From Ruminococcus sp. (GTDB taxonomy: Bacteria > Bacillota > Clostridia > Oscillospirales > Ruminococcaceae), in the NCBI RefSeq assembly GCF_019417665.1, contig NZ_DXUU01000004.1, positions 11,319-75,318 on the forward strand: a stretch of DNA of 64,000 nt. Direction: 5' to 3'. Shown here in pieces: positions 59,719-64,000 of the stretch. The translations under genes and the position numbers were made by a program. Positions within the stretch are counted from its first letter, which is position 1. Every line of letters begins with the position of its first letter. Below the pieces are notes generated by a model that ran no database searches, was not told where the DNA came from, and saw only the letters and a program-made list of their open reading frames with translations.

Positions 59719-59831
59719 ATACACGCTCCTGTAGAACGGTGCAGCAAAGCACCGAATGGCAATAGCCTATGATAATACATCATATCATATAAATTTGTCG
59801 AACGCAAGCGTTCTGTGTGAAAGTTTGATGA

Positions 59832-59859
59832 TAAATTCAACTGGAGTAAATTCAACTGG
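59832..59859. repeat. Tandem 13-bp direct repeat upstream of ftsH copy 2
   Basis: taaattcaactgg at 59832-59844 and at 59847-59859, spaced 15 bp apart. Confidence 0.6.
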
Positions 59860-59907
59860 TGCGCTGGATTTTCATAGATGGAACTGCTGTGCTTTCCAAA
59901 GCCGCTC

Positions 59908-59936
59908 TTGACAGTCATTTCAAAGAATGCTATAAT
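59908..59936 (+). promoter_or_regulatory. Consensus sigma-A promoter of the zinc-ribbon membrane protein gene
   Basis: TTGACA (59908-59913), a 17-nt spacer, then tgcTATAAT (59928-59936). Confidence 0.6.
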
Positions 59937-60010
59937 GAAGAAAATAAAAACAACATCGGAACAGCCGTTCGGTATAATGCCCTTCGGCGGCAAGAAACGG
60001 AGGAAACAAC

Positions 60011-61153
60011 ATGGCAAAGGCAAAGAAAGAAAAAACACCATCCGAACCGGGCGGCACAAGATCCGGGAAGAAACCCGGCGGCGGTGCTGTCATTGGGTCG
60101 GTTCTACTGTTTATTTTGACATGTATTCTGGGAATTTTCTTCTTGTGCAGTATGACAATGCACACGGCATTGACCCAGGGCAGTCTTTCGAAGGCACTTT
60201 CTAAAGTAGATCTATCCCAGGCGGAGATCACAGAGGGCGGCAAGACTCAGAAGCTGGGTACGTGGATATACGACTGGTATCTGTGGGATGCACCCAATCT
60301 ATCCCAGGAGTATGCCGAAACAGTCATGGCACAGCCGGAGGTCAATGAATTTTTCTGTGATTATCTGCACGAGCTGAGTGCCTATCTCAACAAGAAGACC
60401 GATACCCTGCCGGAACTGGATGTGAATGACATTGCAGATCTGATGCAGGTGGATCTGGCGACACGGATGCAGAAAGAGACCGGCGTGACCTTTGCAGAAG
60501 CGGATCGTCAGTCGATCCAATGGAGCATGGGCGATGATATTGCAGACTGGAACGAGAATCTTCAGGAGAAAATCGGTTCTGGTTTCGGGAAATTTTTCGT
60601 GCGGTTTTCCTGCACCATGTCAGGTGTGATCACCTTTGGTGTTTACCCAGTTGTTTGCTTTATTCTGTGGCTGTTTCTGGCGATCAAAGGGCACTGGCGC
60701 AAGGGCAGATTCCTTACAGGCTATGGCTGTGCAGTTGCCATTCCCAGTTTGCTTGTGCTGGCAGTCAGCGGTATTCTGCTGTTGCTGGTGAATGTGTTTG
60801 ACATGATCCCAGCGCTATCTTTTGCAGCAGATGGACTTCCCACGCTGCTGCTGCCGGCGGTATGGTCCAGTCTGACAGTTGCACTTTGTGGCATGATCGT
60901 GGCATCCATCGGGATCTGCACCAATGCTGTTGTTAAGGCAAAGCGGAAAAAGGCAAAGATTGCGGAAATGCAGCCGGCAGCACCTGCAGCTGCGGCAGAA
61001 CCAGAACCGACTCCGGAATTTGTCTACACCGAGGCACCGGAAACCAAGGCAGAAACCTCTGCTTCTGAGCCAACCGTGCAGCTCTGTCCTCACTGCGGTG
61101 TACAGAATGAACTAGGCAGTAAGTTCTGCGGCTCTTGCGGTCAGAAAATGTAA
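60011..61153 (+). CDS. Membrane protein with a C-terminal zinc-ribbon
   Basis: Basic N-terminus, several TM helices, an Ala/Pro/Glu linker, then CPHCGVQNELGSKFCGSCGQ. Confidence 0.65.
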   Translation: MAKAKKEKTPSEPGGTRSGKKPGGGAVIGSVLLFILTCILGIFFLCSMTMHTALTQGSLSKALSKVDLSQAEITEGGKTQKLGTWIYDWYLWDAPNLSQEYAETVMAQPEVNEFFCDYLHELSAYLNKKTDTLPELDVNDIADLMQVDLATRMQKETGVTFAEADRQSIQWSMGDDIADWNENLQEKIGSGFGKFFVRFSCTMSGVITFGVYPVVCFILWLFLAIKGHWRKGRFLTGYGCAVAIPSLLVLAVSGILLLLVNVFDMIPALSFAADGLPTLLLPAVWSSLTVALCGMIVASIGICTNAVVKAKRKKAKIAEMQPAAPAAAAEPEPTPEFVYTEAPETKAETSASEPTVQLCPHCGVQNELGSKFCGSCGQKM

Positions 61154-61175
61154 GGTCACACATACATAAGCATAA

Positions 61176-61217
61176 AAACAAAACCGGAACGATCGGTGTG
61201 GTCGTTCCGGTTTTTTG
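61176..61217. terminator. Bidirectional rho-independent terminator
   Basis: 11-bp stem ccggaacgatc/ggtcgttccgg (61184-61210) flanked by an A-run and a T-run. Confidence 0.8.
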
Positions 61218-61230
61218 TGTTATTGTGGTT

Positions 61231-62916
61231 TTATCTCAGGACTTCCTCCCAAGTCACATCTTGTCCCACAGACTTTTTGGCGTAATACACCAGGATATAG
61301 TAGGCATCATTTGCAGTAACACTGCTGTCGTTGTCTATGTCTGCTGCTTTTATTTGTGCATCTGTTAGCCCGGAATCCTGGTTCACGGACATTTTTGCGT
61401 AGGCGAGGAGACAGAGGTAAGCGTCGTTGGCATCAATGATGGTGTTGCTGTCAGTATCCCCCAGAAGATAGCCCTCTTGTACTGTGCCGTCTGCAAAATG
61501 AATGGTGGCACTTGTTAGTGCTTGGTTGCTGTTTGCCACGCTGATGGCATCCCATGTTTCCTTTGTACCATCGTAATAAACATCTGTCAATGCGTTGCAG
61601 CCATAAAATGCACATTTTTCCACGCTGGTCACGCTTTTCGGAATGGTAATAGAGGTCAGACTGGCACAGGCATCAAATGTATAATCTTTCAGGCTTGTGA
61701 TACCGTCCGGAATTGTAATTGTCGTCAGTCTGGTGTTATACGCAAATGCAGTGTCTCCAATGTATGTCACACTGTCCGGGATTTCCACCTTCGTCAGCCG
61801 GCGGCAGCCGTTGAATGCATAGTGTCCGATACTTGTTACGCTGTCTGGAATGGAAACATCAGCTAAGTTGCTGCAGGATAAAAAGGCAAAGCTGCCAATA
61901 TTTGTGACACTGTTTGGGATGGTAACAGCGGTGAGACTTTTGCATCCACTGAATGTAGAATTTTTAATGCTTGTGATACTGCCGGGAATCGTCAATTCTG
62001 TGACAAGATTGTCATTGAGATAGAGCTTTTCTGCATAGTATAGGGGGCTGCTGTCATAGGAGCTGATGTTCATTCTGCACCATGCTGCCAGATCTGTAAT
62101 ATATACAGCCTCTAAATTGTCACAGTCGTAAAATGCGCTTGACGAGATTCCTACCACACTGTCAGGAATGGTGACCGTGGTCAGGCTTGTGTTCTTGTAA
62201 AAAGCCCTTCCTGCAACGCCCTTTGTTCCATCTTTGAGTGCTGCGTCTGTTACATCGCCATCGCAGCCAATGGCCCATGTATCTGCATATTTGATGCCAG
62301 TCTGATTGTTGAGCAAAGGTGTACCCGAAAACGCATCCTCTCCAATGTATGTCACGCTGTCTGGAATGATAACGGAGACTAAACTTTCACAGCCTGCAAA
62401 TGCAGATTTGCCAATGCTTGTCACGCCGTCTGGAATGACAACAGAAGTCAGATTGGTGCAGTCCTGGAACGCTTCATTTGCAATTCCCCTTGTTCCGGCT
62501 TTGAATTCTGCGTCGGTCACATCGGTATCGCAGTCTATCACCCATGTATCTGCATATTTGACGCCAGTTTGCTCATTTAATAAGGGCGTATTCTTAAACG
62601 CATTCCTTTCAATTCTTGTGATACTGTCTGGAATGATGACAGAAGTCAGATTGCGGCAATATTCAAATGCCACATTATTAATAGCAGTTACCGCTAATCC
62701 GTCGATCTCAGCCGGAACTTCCAATTCTGTTGCATTGGAAATGCATTGTGTAATTGCAATTGTTCCGCTGAACATCACTCCATATTTGAAACCGTCATCC
62801 GTTTCCGCACTCGCCGTAATTTTCATCTCTGGCTGAGCCGTCTGTACAACAGGGGCAATACTAATACAAAGCAGACCGGCAGTCAAAGCTGCCATAACAC
62901 GTTTCCAAAATTTCAC
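61231..62916 (-). CDS. BspA-type LRR protein with a C-terminal dockerin
   Basis: Signal peptide, more than 15 LRR units, dockerin GDTDSNTIIDANDAYLCLLAYAKMSV...ADIDNDSSVTANDAYYILVYYAKKSVG. GTG at 62916 lies 9 nt after AAGGAG (the track start at 62922 is TTG). Confidence 0.85.
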   Translation of the reverse strand: MKFWKRVMAALTAGLLCISIAPVVQTAQPEMKITASAETDDGFKYGVMFSGTIAITQCISNATELEVPAEIDGLAVTAINNVAFEYCRNLTSVIIPDSITRIERNAFKNTPLLNEQTGVKYADTWVIDCDTDVTDAEFKAGTRGIANEAFQDCTNLTSVVIPDGVTSIGKSAFAGCESLVSVIIPDSVTYIGEDAFSGTPLLNNQTGIKYADTWAIGCDGDVTDAALKDGTKGVAGRAFYKNTSLTTVTIPDSVVGISSSAFYDCDNLEAVYITDLAAWCRMNISSYDSSPLYYAEKLYLNDNLVTELTIPGSITSIKNSTFSGCKSLTAVTIPNSVTNIGSFAFLSCSNLADVSIPDSVTSIGHYAFNGCRRLTKVEIPDSVTYIGDTAFAYNTRLTTITIPDGITSLKDYTFDACASLTSITIPKSVTSVEKCAFYGCNALTDVYYDGTKETWDAISVANSNQALTSATIHFADGTVQEGYLLGDTDSNTIIDANDAYLCLLAYAKMSVNQDSGLTDAQIKAADIDNDSSVTANDAYYILVYYAKKSVGQDVTWEEVLR

Positions 62917-62946
62917 TTTCAAAACTCCTTTTTCATAATCTCCAAA

Positions 62947-64000
62947 TTACAGAATTTCTTCCCATGTGACATCTTGTCCCACAGACTTTTTGGCATAATA
63001 CAGCAGGATATAGTAGGCATCATTTGCAGTAACACTGCTGTCGTTGTCTACGTCTGCTGCTCTCATCTGTGTATCGGTCAGCCCGGTGTCACTGCCTAAG
63101 GATTGTTTTGCGTAGGCGAGGAGACAGAGGTAAGCGTCGTTGGCATCAATGATGGTGTCGCAGTCGATGTCACCGGGCTGTATTTCCGGTGCAATGTCGC
63201 CGTCACTGCAATGGATCGTGGCATAGGAAAGTGTGCTATTTCCTGTATCTGAAATGGAAATTGTATGCCATTGATCTATCGTTCCGGCGTAGTATACATT
63301 CGTTAGCTTTTTGCAGCCGTTGAATGCATTCGATTCGATCTGGACAATGCTGTCCGACAAGGTCAGGCTGGTGAGATTGGACGCTGCAAATGCATTGCTG
63401 CTGATTCCAGTTACAGGCACTCCCATCAGTTCTGCGGGGATTTCCGTTTCTGTTATATCAGCATCACATCCGCTTACGACAAATGCATTGTTTTCTACCT
63501 GCTGATAAGAAACGCCATAGTGTATCGCTGCATTCTCCAATGCTTCATTTTCGCTATACAGCGTGATTTTTTCCCATTGGTCTGCGCTGCCGTTGTAGTA
63601 AATATCCGTCAGGGCAGCACATCCTGTGAACGCACGCTGCCCGATGAGCGTTACCGTATCTGGAAGAACGACTTCCTTGAGATTCTCACAACCGTAAAAT
63701 GCCCCTTTCATAATGCTTTCGGTCTTCACCGGGACAATGAAATATTCCAGAGCCGTACAGTTATACAGCATCTCCGAGGGAATTTTCGTCACACTATCGG
63801 GAATAGAGAGCCGTGTCAGAGAAGTGCAGCCTCGGAATGCGCTTTCGCCAATTGTGTTAACGCCTTGCGGCAAAACAACTTCTGTCAATCCGATGCAATT
63901 CTGAAAGGCGCTTTTCCCGATGTAGACAATGCCTGTAGACATGGTGATCTGTGTCAAACTGGTACAATCCTGAAAAGCGCTGTTCCCAATACTGGTCACA
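62947..64000 (-). CDS. BspA-type LRR protein with a C-terminal dockerin (5' end outside the window)
   Basis: LRR units plus dockerin GDIDCDTIIDANDAYLCLLAYAKQSL...ADVDNDSSVTANDAYYILLYYAKKSVG. The ORF is open at the window edge. Confidence 0.85.
   Translation of the reverse strand, partial: VTSIGNSAFQDCTSLTQITMSTGIVYIGKSAFQNCIGLTEVVLPQGVNTIGESAFRGCTSLTRLSIPDSVTKIPSEMLYNCTALEYFIVPVKTESIMKGAFYGCENLKEVVLPDTVTLIGQRAFTGCAALTDIYYNGSADQWEKITLYSENEALENAAIHYGVSYQQVENNAFVVSGCDADITETEIPAELMGVPVTGISSNAFAASNLTSLTLSDSIVQIESNAFNGCKKLTNVYYAGTIDQWHTISISDTGNSTLSYATIHCSDGDIAPEIQPGDIDCDTIIDANDAYLCLLAYAKQSLGSDTGLTDTQMRAADVDNDSSVTANDAYYILLYYAKKSVGQDVTWEEIL

Overview
64-kb chromosomal window from a Gram-positive anaerobe of the Clostridia. 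Gene order is Bacillus-like (gdpP-rplI-dnaB directly followed by tilS-hpt-ftsH). Many secreted proteins carry Ruminococcus-style dockerin modules, so the source is probably a cellulosome/amylosome-forming Ruminococcus-like organism (inference only). I call about 56 protein-coding genes. I saw no rRNA, tRNA or CRISPR array by eye. Housekeeping genes: eno, rnj, gdpP, rplI, dnaB, tilS, hpt, two ftsH paralogs, luxS, trmO, asnB and an O-acetylhomoserine sulfhydrylase. Envelope and transport genes: a Bce-type peptide-antibiotic module (ABC 242-3012, two-component system 6144-7864), a MarR plus heterodimeric ABC exporter, a zinc uptake ABC system, a YtrA-like GntR-ABC module followed by a VanY-type carboxypeptidase, an alanine/Na+ symporter, a YdbS/YdbT pair and two peptidoglycan hydrolases. 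Accessory content: (1) a lower-GC type II restriction-modification cassette (52.05-54.66 kb) made of an HTH-fused m5C methyltransferase and an unclassified PD-(D/E)XK protein; it appears to have replaced most of an LRR-dockerin gene, whose 3' remnant survives. (2) A family of BspA-type LRR-dockerin genes (four copies plus the remnant); one has an in-frame stop inside its dockerin, and two tandem copies have near-identical 3' ends. (3) An AT-rich islet encoding a stand-alone dockerin and a dockerin-less S1 serine protease, wedged inside the Bce module. (4) An AT-rich orphan gene inserted between rplI and dnaB. (5) Several dispersed intergenic repeat families, including two long palindromic MITE-like elements. 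(6) A consensus promoter followed by about 625 nt without a credible ORF upstream of rnj. All functional calls rest on motif recognition in the translated ORFs. No database search was possible.
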